A stretch of 63,698 nucleotides of DNA, the filler included. It is 10 parts of 10 records of this genome, joined end to end, with 100 filler letters (N's around TTAATTAATTAA, not from the genome) between each part and the next. Parts side by side here need not be neighbours in the genome. Positions count along the whole stretch, not along the records: positions 31,461 to 36,472 come from SRR31147125_132431; positions 36,573 to 42,711 come from SRR31147125_132613; 8 more parts are not named here. The stretch is one strand, 5' to 3'. Shown one piece after another: positions 31,487-42,811 of the stretch. A program made the position numbers and the translations under genes. A model generated the notes under the pieces. It made no database searches. It was not told the origin of the DNA and worked only from the letters and a program-made list of their open reading frames with translations. The first letter of the stretch is position 1. Each line of letters begins with the position of its first letter.

Positions 31487-31937
31487 GAGTACTACTACAA
31501 GGTGTTTGATCGATCCCGCCACGTAGGTTCCCGTGTCGTGGTGTATCGCGTGTCACACCCACGCAGGACCTCTTCCACTTCTACCGCGACTCCTCGCTTG
31601 TGTTATGGAATGGAAACCTGAAGAGCGGCTCTGTCTCCTCCCTTCGCGACTTCTTCCTCCAACTTCCCACCACCTCGCACTTCACAAGTAGTATTGACTG
31701 TCAACCCATCCCAGGTACCGCCGATGTGTGTGCGTGTCCGTCCACCCTTCCTCTCCTAACAATATTGTAGCATCCCAACCCGGCTGCAGCAGTATCCTTG
31801 TGGCTGTAGCAGGAACCGTCAAGTACGACGAAGCCCAACCACGACCCTTCATGCAAACCTTTGTCCTGACGCAAGACACGTCCAAAGAAGACCGCCCCTA
31901 CTACATTGCCTTGGATTGTCTTCGGTTTCTCACATGA
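31487..31937 (+). CDS. NXT1: NTF2-related export protein NXT1/p15 (5' truncated; 2 full introns)
   Basis: EYYYKVFDRSRH|DLFHFYRDSSLVLWNGN...LPTTSH...IDCQP|...ILVAVAGTVKY...FMQTFVL...YYIALDCLRF. Confidence 0.8.
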
Positions 31938-32035
31938 AAGCAACTCATCCTCCCCTGTCACTGTTGTTGCTGTCATTCTCCTCGCCACCCTCACCCACTG
32001 CCCCTGGGGTGGCGGGAACTCCATCATAAGAAGGA

Positions 32036-35000
32036 ATGGGAGGGCAGAGTAGCAAGTGGGAGCCGAGCAGTGAACGGGACGGTCTGATGCACCCACACCA
32101 GCGAGACACTGTGCGTAGACGAGCAGGTGTGGGACTCCGTGAACAAAGGAAACCACCTCTATGAACCCAGGAGGAGGACGGAGACATCCCTGCGCGCGTG
32201 GTCTACATCAACGAACCCAGTCTCAACGCCCTCTTCACCTACCCGTCCAACTTCACACGAACCCACAAGTATACAGGTACCAGACATCTGTGTCGTATCG
32301 TGTCGCTCCCCTCACAACGAGCGATCAGCGTGGAACTTCCTTCCCAAGAACTTGTTTGAACAATTTCGAAGAGCGGCCAACTTCTACTTCCTCCTCATCA
32401 CTCTGATCCAACTGATTCCGGACACAACTCCTATCCCACCGTATGTTGGAACGGGATGGATCCCGTCCACTCGATAACACAGGTTCTTTCAGCGTCACAT
32501 CCATTTTCCCGTTAATCGTTGTGATTTCGATCTCTGCCGTCAAGGATGGCTATGAAGACTATGTGTGTATCATTCATTGTATTCGTTCCTTTGAAGGGAG
32601 TCTTATACCCCGCAGCAACGGTACCTGGCCGACAAGGCAGTGAACGGACGGAGATCAGCTGTGGTTCGAAATGCTCGTGTTGAATCCAGTCTATGCATGG
32701 ATCTCGTTGTGGGAGACATTGTTTATGTCTCGGAAGGTGAAGAGTTCCCGGCGGATTTGATACTTCTGGCAACCTCAGGACACGAGGGGACGTGCTACGT
32801 GGAAACGAGCAATCTGGACGGGTACGCCTACCTACACACACAACCTATGCGTGCTTTGACCCGTGTCATATTGAGTAGCGAGACGAATCTCAAGGTCAAG
32901 CGTGCTCCAACAGCCACAGCATCCCTAGTGACCCCTGCCGCCTTGTCGACCTTACAAGGACGTGTGGAGTGTGAGGCACCCAATGCCGATCTGTACCGCT
33001 TTGAAGGGCGTCTTGTGATAACAGCCTCTCATGAAAAGTGTCCACTCACCATCAGTCAGCTCCTGTTGCGAGTGCGTTGCCGTTTCTGTATTGGTGTACG
33101 GAGGGGACTCACACGCCCAGCAGGGATCAGTACTACGGAACACACACTACGTGATGGGTCTTGTGATGTACAGTGGAAGTGATGCGAAGATTCTTCTTAA
33201 TGCCCAAGAGGCACCATCAAAGTTCTCACGTGTGGAAGCATTTCTGAATCACCTCGTGGTGGTTGTGTTTGTCTTTCAGTTGTTCGTCGCCTTCTTCTCC
33301 ACAACGATGTGTATTCTCTGGAAGGTGTGCCCGCCCGCCCGCCCGCCCGCCTCCCTCCTAACAAAGTTGTACTCCACACCACAGGAGATGGAGGGCGGAG
33401 ATGCCTGGTACTTGGATCTCAAGGAAGAGGCATTCCACTGGGTCTGGGTGCCAATCAAGAACTTTTTGACATTCTTGATCCTTTACAACTTCATGATCCC
33501 CATCTCTCTTATTGTTTCCGCAGAGATGGTGAAGGTGAGAGTCGGATGCCCGATCCCCCTCCTCCATCCTTCGTGTAAGCTGTATGGGGTGGGGGAACAG
33601 GTGGTCAATGCTCTGCTTATTTGGTGGGATCTGGAACTGTACGACGAGGATGCCCAACAACCTGTGACGGTGAACACGTCAGGACTGGTGGAGGAGTTGG
33701 GACAGATTCAGTACATCTTCACCGACAAGACCGGAACGTTGACGGAGAATGTCATGCGACTGAGGAAGCTCAGTATTGGCGGCGTACGCCATACTGTTGA
33801 CAACCTTCCCACCGACGACGAGTCTGTTCGTGCCTTCCTCCTAACACTCGCCCTGTGTCACACGGCCGAGCCGAGCCACACAGCCCAAGGCGGACTGAAG
33901 TTTCAAGTAACATCACCAGATGAAGAAGCCCTTCTCAGTGGAGCCCATGCTGCAGGAGTCAGCTTTCATTCTGTGCGTGACATGCACACACACGCGCGCG
34001 CACACACACTCATGATATAGCCAGCTCGTGGATAAGAAAATGAGTGTGAGGATTGGAAACGAAGAATTCACATACACCATTCTCGATGTGTTAGAATTCA
34101 GTTCGAGTCGTAAGCGAATGTCCATCCTCTTACGTAGGGCAGATGGGACGATTTGGCTTTTGTGCAAGGTTCGTTCCCTGGATTGGTGGTGGTGATGGTG
34201 CTCATCATGGCCGTCATGGCACTAGGGAGCGGAAAGTGTTATCTTTCCACGACTGACTCCCGGCCAAACCAAGGCCGACATGGCATGGCAACACATCACA
34301 GAATACGCAAATGAAGGTTGGTTTGCATCGTTGGCTGGTAGCACAGAGACTCACATCAGCGTTCACTTCAACACAGGGCTCCGAACTCTGTGTTTTGCGT
34401 CGCGTGATGTCTCCGAGGAAGAGTATGTGGCATGGGCCTCAGGTATGCGTGAGGCCGAGGCAATGCTTCACGCCCGAACAGAGAAGATGGAGGAACAGTA
34501 CGCGTAGTTTTGTTCTGGTTAAAAGTCCTTTCTCAGTGTTCCCCCAGCTATGAACTAATTGAAAAGGATCTCGTCCTCCTGGGCGCCACGGGGATTGAGG
34601 ATCGGTTACAGCTTGACGTGCCGGAAACATTACGGGATCTGCAACGTGGAGGGATTCGGTGGGTTCGGTGGGTTACCACTCCCGCTCAATCAATCTCACC
34701 CATACGACCCAGTGTATGGATGTTGACAGGGGATAAGCAAGAGACAGCCATCTCGATTGGCCGTTCCTGCAACCTCATCTTCCCTGACACAGTGATGATT
34801 CTTATCAACGCCAAAACTGCAAAGCATTGTGAGGCACTTCTACGCGAGAACGTTGCCCTGTATGGGCGCCGCGGAAAGCGTTCACGCAACAATGGAAATC
34901 GTACCCTCGTTATTGATGGCGTTTCGCTCGCGTTTGTATTTGACGGAGAACAGCATCGACGTCTCTTTGTCCACTTGTGTTCGGTGATGCAATCGGTGGT

Positions 35001-36377
35001 CTGCTGTCGAATGTCTCCCCTCCAGAAGGCCCTGGTGATTCGACTGATGAAAGAACGGCCCAATCCTCCTATCACGTTGGCTGTGGGAGACGGAGCCAAC
35101 GATGTGTCCATGATTCAGGAAGCAAACGTGGGGATAGGGATCAAGGGACGCGAGGGACGCCAAGCTGCCCGATCCTCCGACTACGCTGTAGCGGAATTCC
35201 GCATGCTCAAACGACTTCTTCTTGTTCACGGACGTTACTCCTACATTCGTGTGTCCACTCTGATTCAATACTCCTTCTACAAGAACATGGCTTTCTCTTT
35301 GCCGCTTTTCTATTTCGGATTCTTCTCAGGGTTCTCGGGTCAGGTGTGTACTGACGGATCAATCCGCCTTGTACCCCACGAGGCCCTCACACTCCGTCAG
35401 ATCCTCTACGATCCTTTTCTTATGATGATTTTCAATATCATTTTCACATCCTGGCCCATTCTTGTGGTGGGGATCTTTGAGCAAGACGTTCCTGACAAGG
35501 CTGCCATGGAACATCCACAACTGTACGGTGTCCCCCTTGTTTTCCCTCGTATCCCATACCCCTCCTTCACACAGGTATCGGCGTCTGGCACAAGGGGAGG
35601 AGTTTAGTAATTCGACCTTCCTCAACTGGATTCTGAGTTCGGTGTGGCATTCCCTCCTCATCTTCTTTGGTGTTGTTTTCTTGTACGTCTCTCCGTTCCA
35701 TGCACGGATAGAAGAGAAACTCACGGGGATACCAGATACAAGAGCGATCTGCTTGTGGAGAATGGGCAAACATTCGGTCTGTGGGGCTTCGCAACAATGT
35801 CGCTGATGTTGTGTATTGTCATTGTTAATCTCAAGATTGGAATTGAAACAAGGTGGGAGGAAAGGTAACGTTCTCTCTTCCTCCTTCTTAATACGATGGC
35901 GATCCCAGGTATTGGACCGTGTGGAATCATATCAGTGTTTGGGGATCAATTGCGGTCTTCTTTGCGTTCCTCTACCCCTACTGTCTCCTGCTCGAGTGGT
36001 CTTCCATGTACGGTGTTGTATGTATCCTTATATGCCTTTCGTCTCCCGTGTTCTTCCTTGACGGGAGTAGCACGTATGTCGGCAAGTCTGGTATTGTGGA
36101 TCTCCATGGGAGTATTCGCCTTCATTGCAGTAGCCCCGGATTTCTTGTTGAAGTTGTACGTTGTCGTTGGCGATGGTGTGGTTATTCATTACATCCCAAA
36201 TACCACAGTGCATGGCGATTCCTGTGGCCCACAGATTGGCAAGTTGTCCAGGAGTTCTACCGCAAAGCAAAATACCTCAAGGGTGATGTGATGCCCGATG
36301 GCGTTGTGAAGTTGTGGCGTGATGCGGCCGATGACGAGGAGCCTCCAGAAGATCCTACGACCCTTCTCAAGAAATAG
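32036..36377 (+). CDS. P4-type ATPase phospholipid flippase (~18 introns)
   Basis: [121 protein letters not shown]. Confidence 0.93.
36022..36070 (+). other. U12-type (minor) GT-AG intron, 49 nt
   Basis: Donor GTATCCTTAT and branch site TTCCTTGAC (36054-36062) 8 nt before the 3' end. It is the only nearby splice that restores the last TM helix. Confidence 0.85.
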
Positions 36378-36572
36378 AAAGAGAAATACACCTTTTCAAT
36401 CACGTAAGAGAAAGGCCAGAAGTTCCTCCAGATCCTGTGTAGAGGAGGTGGGGGTGTGCGTGTGGGGTGGTGNNNNNNNNNNNNNNNNNNNNNNNNNNNN
36501 NNNNNNNNNNNNNNNNTTAATTAATTAANNNNNNNNNNNNNNNNNNNNNNNNNNNNNNNNNNNNNNNNNNNN

Positions 36573-36704
36573 AAGTGTAAAGTTTTAAGTTTAAAGTTAA
36601 GGAATCCTTTCGATTATAGATGCTTTTCAATCGAAATTCATCACCGTAACCCATCAATCTTATTTATAAATGGATAGAATTTCACAACTTTAAACTTTAA
36701 ACTA
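36573..36704. repeat. AT-rich element with inverted heptamer-repeat ends
   Basis: AAGTTTTAAGTTTAAAGTTAAGGAATCCTTTCGATT ... ATGGATAGAATTTCACAACTTTAAACTTTAAACT. Confidence 0.55.
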
Positions 36705-36774
36705 TGCCTCCATAACAGTTAGCAGCACCCTATCAACATGTGTACCTTGATTTGGTAGATAGGCCCGCTTTGAT

Positions 36775-38094
36775 CTAATGTCTCTCTATCAACCTTCCGA
36801 TTACCTCGCAGTCAGTTGTAACCTCCACAACGCGGACCGTCACCAGTTCGTTCTCTTTTACATTCTCATCTGTGACAATGACCGGCACATAGTTGTCGCT
36901 CAACCCGGTAGCATACTTCCCATTCGATCCACCGGTTGTTTGGGTCAGGACCTCCACGGTTCGATCCATCATTGAGTGAAAAAAGGCAGATCGTTTTTCA
37001 TTTCCGAGAGTCCTTAGCGCACGACAACGATCCTTGGCGATACGTTCGGGGACTTTGGGCTCGTAGGAGGCCGCCGGTGTACCTTTTCGCGGCGAGTAGG
37101 GGAAAACATGCAAGTAGCTGATTGGGAGGCGTTCAAGCAATTTATAAGTTGCCGTAAACGCGGATTCACTCTCGCCGGGAAACCCTGCCATCACGTCGAT
37201 GCCGATGGCTGCCTCCGGTATGCGTTGGCCAATGGTCTGAATGATATCGGCAAACTGCCCAGCCGTGTAGGGACGCCCCATGCGACGAAGGGTATCGTCA
37301 TCACCGCTTTGCAGGGGAATGTGAAAGTGACGGCAAACGCTTCCTTTGAAATCCAGGGCCAACTCAATCAGACACTCATCTATTTCGGTCGGCTCAATTG
37401 AGCTGAGCCTGAGGCGATCGATGGTGGTATCTTTCAAGATTTTTTCAACAGCGGCACATAGGGAAGAGGGGGGTGAAATCTTGGCCATACGCCCCCAGGT
37501 GAATCCCTGTGAGAACCACCTCTCTGACATTCTCCTTGGTAAGATGATGCATATGTCCGACCACATCATCGATCGGCATGCTGCGACTCCGCCCCTTGCA
37601 TATGGAACGATGCAGTAGGTGCAACGGGTATTGCAGCCGTCCTGAATCTTAAGAAATGCGCGCGTTCTATCTCCAATGGTTACAGATGGCATCGACGGGA
37701 ATTGACAGGATTGGCCGATGCCGCGTCGTATGATGTGGGGCTGTCTGTTGTTGCGGTCTGACTGCTTCAACAGCGTGGCAATCTCCAGTTTGTCCTGATG
37801 GCCGACGATCAAGTCGACGCCCTCAATCGATTGGATCTCTGCCGGGGCCGTTTGAGCGTAGCACCCGGTGACGACAATTTGCGCCGAGGGGTGGTTTCGG
37901 GCGGCCTGGCGAATGGCCTGGCGCGACTGCATGGCAGCTTTCCCGGTCACCGTACATGTGTTGATGATGACAACATCCGCCACACCGTCGGAACTGGCGA
38001 TGGCGTATCCTTCTGCTTTAAAAAGATGGCTCAGCGCTGCGGATTCGCACTGGTTGACTTTGCATCCTAAAGTGACGATGGTGAAGGACTTCAT
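36775..38094 (-). CDS. mtaB: tRNA t6A37 methylthiotransferase MtaB (two compensating indels at ~37590 and ~37470)
   Basis: TLGCKVNQCES, INTCTVT, RAFLKIQDGCNTRCTYCIVP, RLRLSSIEP, HIPLQSG, TRAM domain. The missing RSRS...EVVLTGIHLG segment lies in another frame. Confidence 0.93.
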   Translation of the reverse strand: MKSFTIVTLGCKVNQCESAALSHLFKAEGYAIASSDGVADVVIINTCTVTGKAAMQSRQAIRQAARNHPSAQIVVTGCYAQTAPAEIQSIEGVDLIVGHQDKLEIATLLKQSDRNNRQPHIIRRGIGQSCQFPSMPSVTIGDRTRAFLKIQDGCNTRCTYCIVPYARGGVAACRSMMWSDICIILPRRMSERWFSQGFTWGRMAKISPPSSLCAAVEKILKDTTIDRLRLSSIEPTEIDECLIELALDFKGSVCRHFHIPLQSGDDDTLRRMGRPYTAGQFADIIQTIGQRIPEAAIGIDVMAGFPGESESAFTATYKLLERLPISYLHVFPYSPRKGTPAASYEPKVPERIAKDRCRALRTLGNEKRSAFFHSMMDRTVEVLTQTTGGSNGKYATGLSDNYVPVIVTDENVKENELVTVRVVEVTTDCEVIGRLIERH

Positions 38095-39143
38095 TGGATC
38101 CAGCCTCCACCCAACACCTCGTTGCCACGGTAAAAAACGGCACCCTGGCCAGGGGTCACTGCCGGCTCTGGGTTACGAAATGAGATTTCAGCGCAGGCAT
38201 CTCCGACCGGCGCCAGCGTCGCGACGACAGCGCTGTGGCGATACCGTATCCTCACGTCGATTTCAATGGGATGTTCGGGCGGAGGGGCAATCCAGTTGAT
38301 CCCCTCGACACGACAACTGTAAGCGTGGAGTGCGTCTTTGCTGCCGACGACCAGGCAGTTGCGGTTGGCATCGATGCGGACGACATAGTAAGGTTCAGCT
38401 GCCGGACAGTTGATGCCGCGACGCTGGCCGATAGTGAATCGATGCAGCCCGGCATGCTCTCCGATGGTTTGTCCGTTAGTATTTTCGATGGGGCCGACGC
38501 TGAACGAGAAACCGGGCTGATGAATTAAAAAATCGGCATAGTTTCTATCCGCTATAAAACAGACATCCTGGCTCTCCCGGGGTGTGATCGGCGCCAGGCC
38601 CCTCTCCTGGGCAATGCGTTTCGTCTCTGCTTTGGTCAATGTGCCCAGGGGCAGAACGGCGGATGCCAATTGCTCCTGGGTCAATCGGGACAGGAAATAG
38701 GACTGTTCTTTCTCCCTGTCTGTACCGCGTAGCAATCGCATACGGCCGTCGTCCGTTTTTTCGATACGGGCGTAGTGACCGGTGGCAATCCGGTCGGCCC
38801 CCAGCTTCTTCGCTTTTGAATATAGAATGCCAAATTTAATCAGTGGATTACAGACGAGACAAGGATTCGGGGTTTTGCCGTTGGCGTAGGTGTCGACGAA
38901 GTAATCGACCACCTTTTGCTGGAATTCGGTTCGCAAATCGATGATGTGGATCGGAATGTCCAGCTGGCGGGCCAGGGCGTCCATGGTGCGAGAAATGGAA
39001 CCTTCATCTGAAAAGGAGGCGCCAGTATCGTACCCGGTAACGAAGTGCAGGCCGATCAGAGGGTATCCCTCTTCTTTCAGCAGAGCGGCCGATACCAGGG
39101 AGTCGACGCCACCACTCAATGCGACGGCAAGTGAGGATTTCAT
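38091..39143 (-). CDS. mnmA: tRNA 2-thiouridylase MnmA
   Basis: SGGVDS, TPNPCLVCN, ATGHYA, QSYFL, ESQDVCF, TIGQRRG, TPGQGAVFY. Confidence 0.97.
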   Translation of the reverse strand: MKSSLAVALSGGVDSLVSAALLKEEGYPLIGLHFVTGYDTGASFSDEGSISRTMDALARQLDIPIHIIDLRTEFQQKVVDYFVDTYANGKTPNPCLVCNPLIKFGILYSKAKKLGADRIATGHYARIEKTDDGRMRLLRGTDREKEQSYFLSRLTQEQLASAVLPLGTLTKAETKRIAQERGLAPITPRESQDVCFIADRNYADFLIHQPGFSFSVGPIENTNGQTIGEHAGLHRFTIGQRRGINCPAAEPYYVVRIDANRNCLVVGSKDALHAYSCRVEGINWIAPPPEHPIEIDVRIRYRHSAVVATLAPVGDACAEISFRNPEPAVTPGQGAVFYRGNEVLGGGWIQ

Positions 39144-39264
39144 TTGATTGACTTCTCGGAACGCGTTCTGTACATCAAGAGCCTGCGATTTTAATTTTAA
39201 CCCACATCAAATAAAAACAGAGTGCAATCTAAAGGCAACCCTTAATCCTGTCAATATATAGGTT

Positions 39265-41481
39265 ATGAATCCGTTTGCTTTCAGAACCACCAGTCTGGTG
39301 TTCAAGTCGCTGGCCAACCTTTCCAAGGCCAAGGTGACCCTGCATGGAACCGAGAATGTCCCCGAAGGGGCGAAGATCTTTGTGATCAACCACTTCACGC
39401 GACTTGAAACGGTCCTGATGCCATACTATCTGCATAATCTGCTTAAAACGCCTGTCTGGTCCCTGGCCGCCTCGGAATTTTTCAGCGGAGCGGTGGGCCG
39501 GTTTCTGGAATCGGTGGGGGCTGTTTCTACGAAGCATCCCCACAGGGATCGCCTGATCGTCAAGACTTTGCTGGCCGATGAGGCCAGCTGGATCATCTTT
39601 CCCGAAGGCCGGATGGTAAAAAACAAAAAGATCATCGAGAAGGGGCGCTACATGGTCTCCTATGCAGGGGGCAAGCACCCGCCCCATACAGGCGCCGCTC
39701 ACCTCGCTTTGCGAACAGAATTTTACCGCCAGCGACTGGCCTGGCTGGCACGAAATACCCCTGCTGAGGCGGAGAGACTATTGCCTCTCTTCAATCTGAA
39801 TGACGTTTCGGATGTAAGTGACCATGGCACCTCCATTGTTCCAGTCAACTTGACCTACTACCCCTTGCGGGCCAGGGAGAATCTTTTAAAAAAGATAGCC
39901 GAGAGGTTGGTGGAGGATCTGCCTGAAAAGCTTATCGAGGAACTGATGACGGAAGGGGCCATGTTGACGGCAGGTGTCGATATCGATATCCGCTTTGGCG
40001 AACCCATCGACGTGGCCCCTTATCTGCAGAAAAAGGCGATTCTTGCAGATATGCATCGCCCGGAACCATTCGGTTTTGATGACCCCCTGTCGTGTCTCTC
40101 CTGTATTCGAAAGGCGGCCCTCAAGATAATGCAGCGTTATATGAGGGCTATCTATAGCATGACCACCGTCAACCACGACCACATATTTGCATCCATCCTC
40201 AAACACAGCGTCCGAAATAGACTCCGGCTGGACCATTTTTGCAGAAGAGCCTTTCTGGCGATCTCGAAAGAGGCGTCCAAGGCACCTCTGTATCTGCATA
40301 CCAGTATCGAGGAGCGGCAAAACCATCTGTTGGTCGATGACCGCTACAGCAAATTGGAGGATTTCCTGGCCGTCGCCGAACAGAGCCATGTCATTCGCCG
40401 GGAGCCGCCCTTCATTATCCGTAATCGACGCCAATTGAGCTCTGCGTTCGACTTCCATCGCGCCCGTATCGATAACCCGGTGGCGGTGATGGCCAACGAG
40501 GTCGAACCGTTGACCGAATTGCAACGCAAAATCTCACGCTTGTGCTGGACCCCGGCATATCTTCTGCGCCTGCGCATCGCCCGGCTGATGCAGCAGCGTG
40601 CCCATAGGGAGTTTGAAGAGGATTACCAGCGCTTTTTCATCCAGGGGGAGTCGAAACCGATGAAGGTTGGCCGCCCGCTGCTGCTGCGCGGAAACCGTCG
40701 CCGCTCCGGGATCGTCCTATGCCACGGCTACATGGCCGCACCGGCGGAAGTCAATGCCCTGGGCCGATATTTGGCCAAAAGGGGGTACTGGGTCTATATG
40801 CCGCGGCTCAAAGGTCACGGCACCTCTCCGGAGGACTTGGCCCGATGCACCTATCAGGATTGGATCCAGTCCCTCGAGGAGGGATATATCGTGATCCGTA
40901 ACCTGTGCAGGCGTGTGGCCGTTGGCGGCTTCTCTACAGGTGCAGGGCTGGCACTGGAACTGGCAAGCCGGGTGAAGGATATCTCCGGCGTATTTGCCAT
41001 TTCGACACCATTGAGACTGCAGTATGCCGCATCGCGGCTGGCGCCGATGGTGGATAGCTGGAACCGCCTGATGGATCGTGTGCACTGGGAGGATGCCAAA
41101 AAGGAGTTCGTAGAGAACCGGCCTGAAAATCCGGGCATCAACTACTTTAGAAATCCCATTTCAGGTGTCAGGGAATTGGAGCGCCTGATGAGCGGTTTGG
41201 AACCCCGATTGGGCGATATCAAGATACCGGCCCTCGTCGCTCAATCCCAGCAGGATCCGGTGGTCCACCCCAAAGGATCGGAGCGTATTTTTCAAATGCT
41301 CGGCTCGGTGGATAAGCAGTACATGGCTTTCAATATAGATCGCCACGGGATCTTGCTGGGCGAAGGATCTGAACGTGTCCATCGTGTAATCGCCGAATTT
41401 GTAGATCAACTCTTCACTGCAGCTCCTTCAGCCCCTCGGCCGTCGGTACCTGTGCAAACCAAGGAAATTGCAAACGAATGA
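39265..41481 (+). CDS. PlsC-like acyltransferase fused to alpha/beta-hydrolase (esterase)
   Basis: NHFTRLE, IIFPEG in the N-terminal part; HGY, GHGT, GFSTG nucleophile elbow, DPVV, HGI in the C-terminal part. Confidence 0.85.
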   Translation: MNPFAFRTTSLVFKSLANLSKAKVTLHGTENVPEGAKIFVINHFTRLETVLMPYYLHNLLKTPVWSLAASEFFSGAVGRFLESVGAVSTKHPHRDRLIVKTLLADEASWIIFPEGRMVKNKKIIEKGRYMVSYAGGKHPPHTGAAHLALRTEFYRQRLAWLARNTPAEAERLLPLFNLNDVSDVSDHGTSIVPVNLTYYPLRARENLLKKIAERLVEDLPEKLIEELMTEGAMLTAGVDIDIRFGEPIDVAPYLQKKAILADMHRPEPFGFDDPLSCLSCIRKAALKIMQRYMRAIYSMTTVNHDHIFASILKHSVRNRLRLDHFCRRAFLAISKEASKAPLYLHTSIEERQNHLLVDDRYSKLEDFLAVAEQSHVIRREPPFIIRNRRQLSSAFDFHRARIDNPVAVMANEVEPLTELQRKISRLCWTPAYLLRLRIARLMQQRAHREFEEDYQRFFIQGESKPMKVGRPLLLRGNRRRSGIVLCHGYMAAPAEVNALGRYLAKRGYWVYMPRLKGHGTSPEDLARCTYQDWIQSLEEGYIVIRNLCRRVAVGGFSTGAGLALELASRVKDISGVFAISTPLRLQYAASRLAPMVDSWNRLMDRVHWEDAKKEFVENRPENPGINYFRNPISGVRELERLMSGLEPRLGDIKIPALVAQSQQDPVVHPKGSERIFQMLGSVDKQYMAFNIDRHGILLGEGSERVHRVIAEFVDQLFTAAPSAPRPSVPVQTKEIANE

Positions 41482-42711
41482 ACGGCCTTGCTCTGCTGAT
41501 TCTGGCCGCCCTTGTAGCGAATATGTGCCTCTCGCTGCTGGCCGATATTCTCAACCTCAAGTCGTTGAGCACCGATTTGCCCAAGGCGTTTGACGGTTGG
41601 TACGAACCGAGTGAGTATGCACGGTCGCAATCCTATCTGCGTGTCAATACCCGTTTCGGCTGGATGGCCTCCCTCTTCGATCTTACCATATTGCTGCTTT
41701 TCTGGCTCTGCGGAGGGTTCGGGTGGCTGGACGAATGGGTGCGTGGGCTCGGGTTCTCTGTCGTCACCAGCGGACTCGTCTTTATCGCTGTTTTGGTTGC
41801 CGTGAAGATGGTCCTCGACCTTCCATTCGGCCTATATGCCACCTTCGTCATCGAAGCGCGTTTCGGGTTTAACAAAACCACATGGCAAACCTGGCTTCTC
41901 GACAAGCTCAAGGCGCTGTTGCTCGGTCTACTGATCGGCATGCCCTTGCTGGCCGTTGTGCTTCTCTTCTTCATCCATGCGGGGGACAATGCCTGGTGGT
42001 ACTGCTGGCTCGTTACGGTCGGCGTGATGCTATTGATGCACTATGTGGCACCCACCTGGATCATGCCGCTCTTTAACCGCTTCTCCCCTCTGCCGGATGG
42101 GGAATTACGAACGGAGATCACCTCTTATGCCGAGAGCATCGACTTTAAATTAGATAATATTTTCATGATGGACGGCTCCAAACGAAGCACCAAAGCCAAT
42201 GCGTTTTTTACCGGATTTGGAAAGCATCGCCGGATCGTTTTGTACGATACCTTGATCGAGAAGCACTCGGTGGAGGAGTTGGTGGCGGTGCTGGCTCACG
42301 AGATGGGCCACTTCAAGCAACGGCATATCCTCAAGATGATGCTCATCGGAATCGCCCAGGCGGGAGTGATGTTTTATATCCTCTCGCTCTTTATTTCCTA
42401 TCCGGGGCTGTTTCACGCCTTTTACGTACAGGAGGTGTCTGTATATGTGGGGCTGGTCCTGTTCGGGATGCTTTACACCCCCCTGGATATGGTACTGGGG
42501 ATCGTTGTTCAGCGTCTTTCGCGCCGCCATGAGTATGAGGCGGACCGCTTTGCAGTCCGTACGGCTCCCCACAAGGGCAGGGCGCTGGCAACCGCACTCA
42601 GGAGACTCTCCGTGGACAGCCTGGCCAACTTGCAACCCCATCCTTTTTTTGTCTTTTTGAACTACTCACATCCACCGGTGCTCGAACGCATCCGGGCAAT
42701 CGATGCGGCGG
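41478..42711 (+). CDS. M48 (Ste24-like) membrane metalloprotease (3' end at contig edge)
   Basis: FGFNKTT, GSKRSTKANAFFTG, HEMGH, EYEAD, YSHPP. Confidence 0.95.
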
Positions 42712-42811
42712 NNNNNNNNNNNNNNNNNNNNNNNNNNNNNNNNNNNNNNNNNNNNTTAATTAATTAANNNNNNNNNNNNNNNNNNNNNNNNNNNNNNNNN
42801 NNNNNNNNNNN

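Noticed and set aside
35919-36377. Unspliced 152-aa ORF as the true P4-ATPase C-terminus
   Set aside because: It stays open only because the two intron lengths sum to a multiple of 3, and it lacks the last hydrophobic helix that splicing restores.
1-36472. Alternative genetic code in the protist
   Set aside because: Every in-frame stop examined falls inside a plausible intron, and the genes end normally at TAG or TGA.
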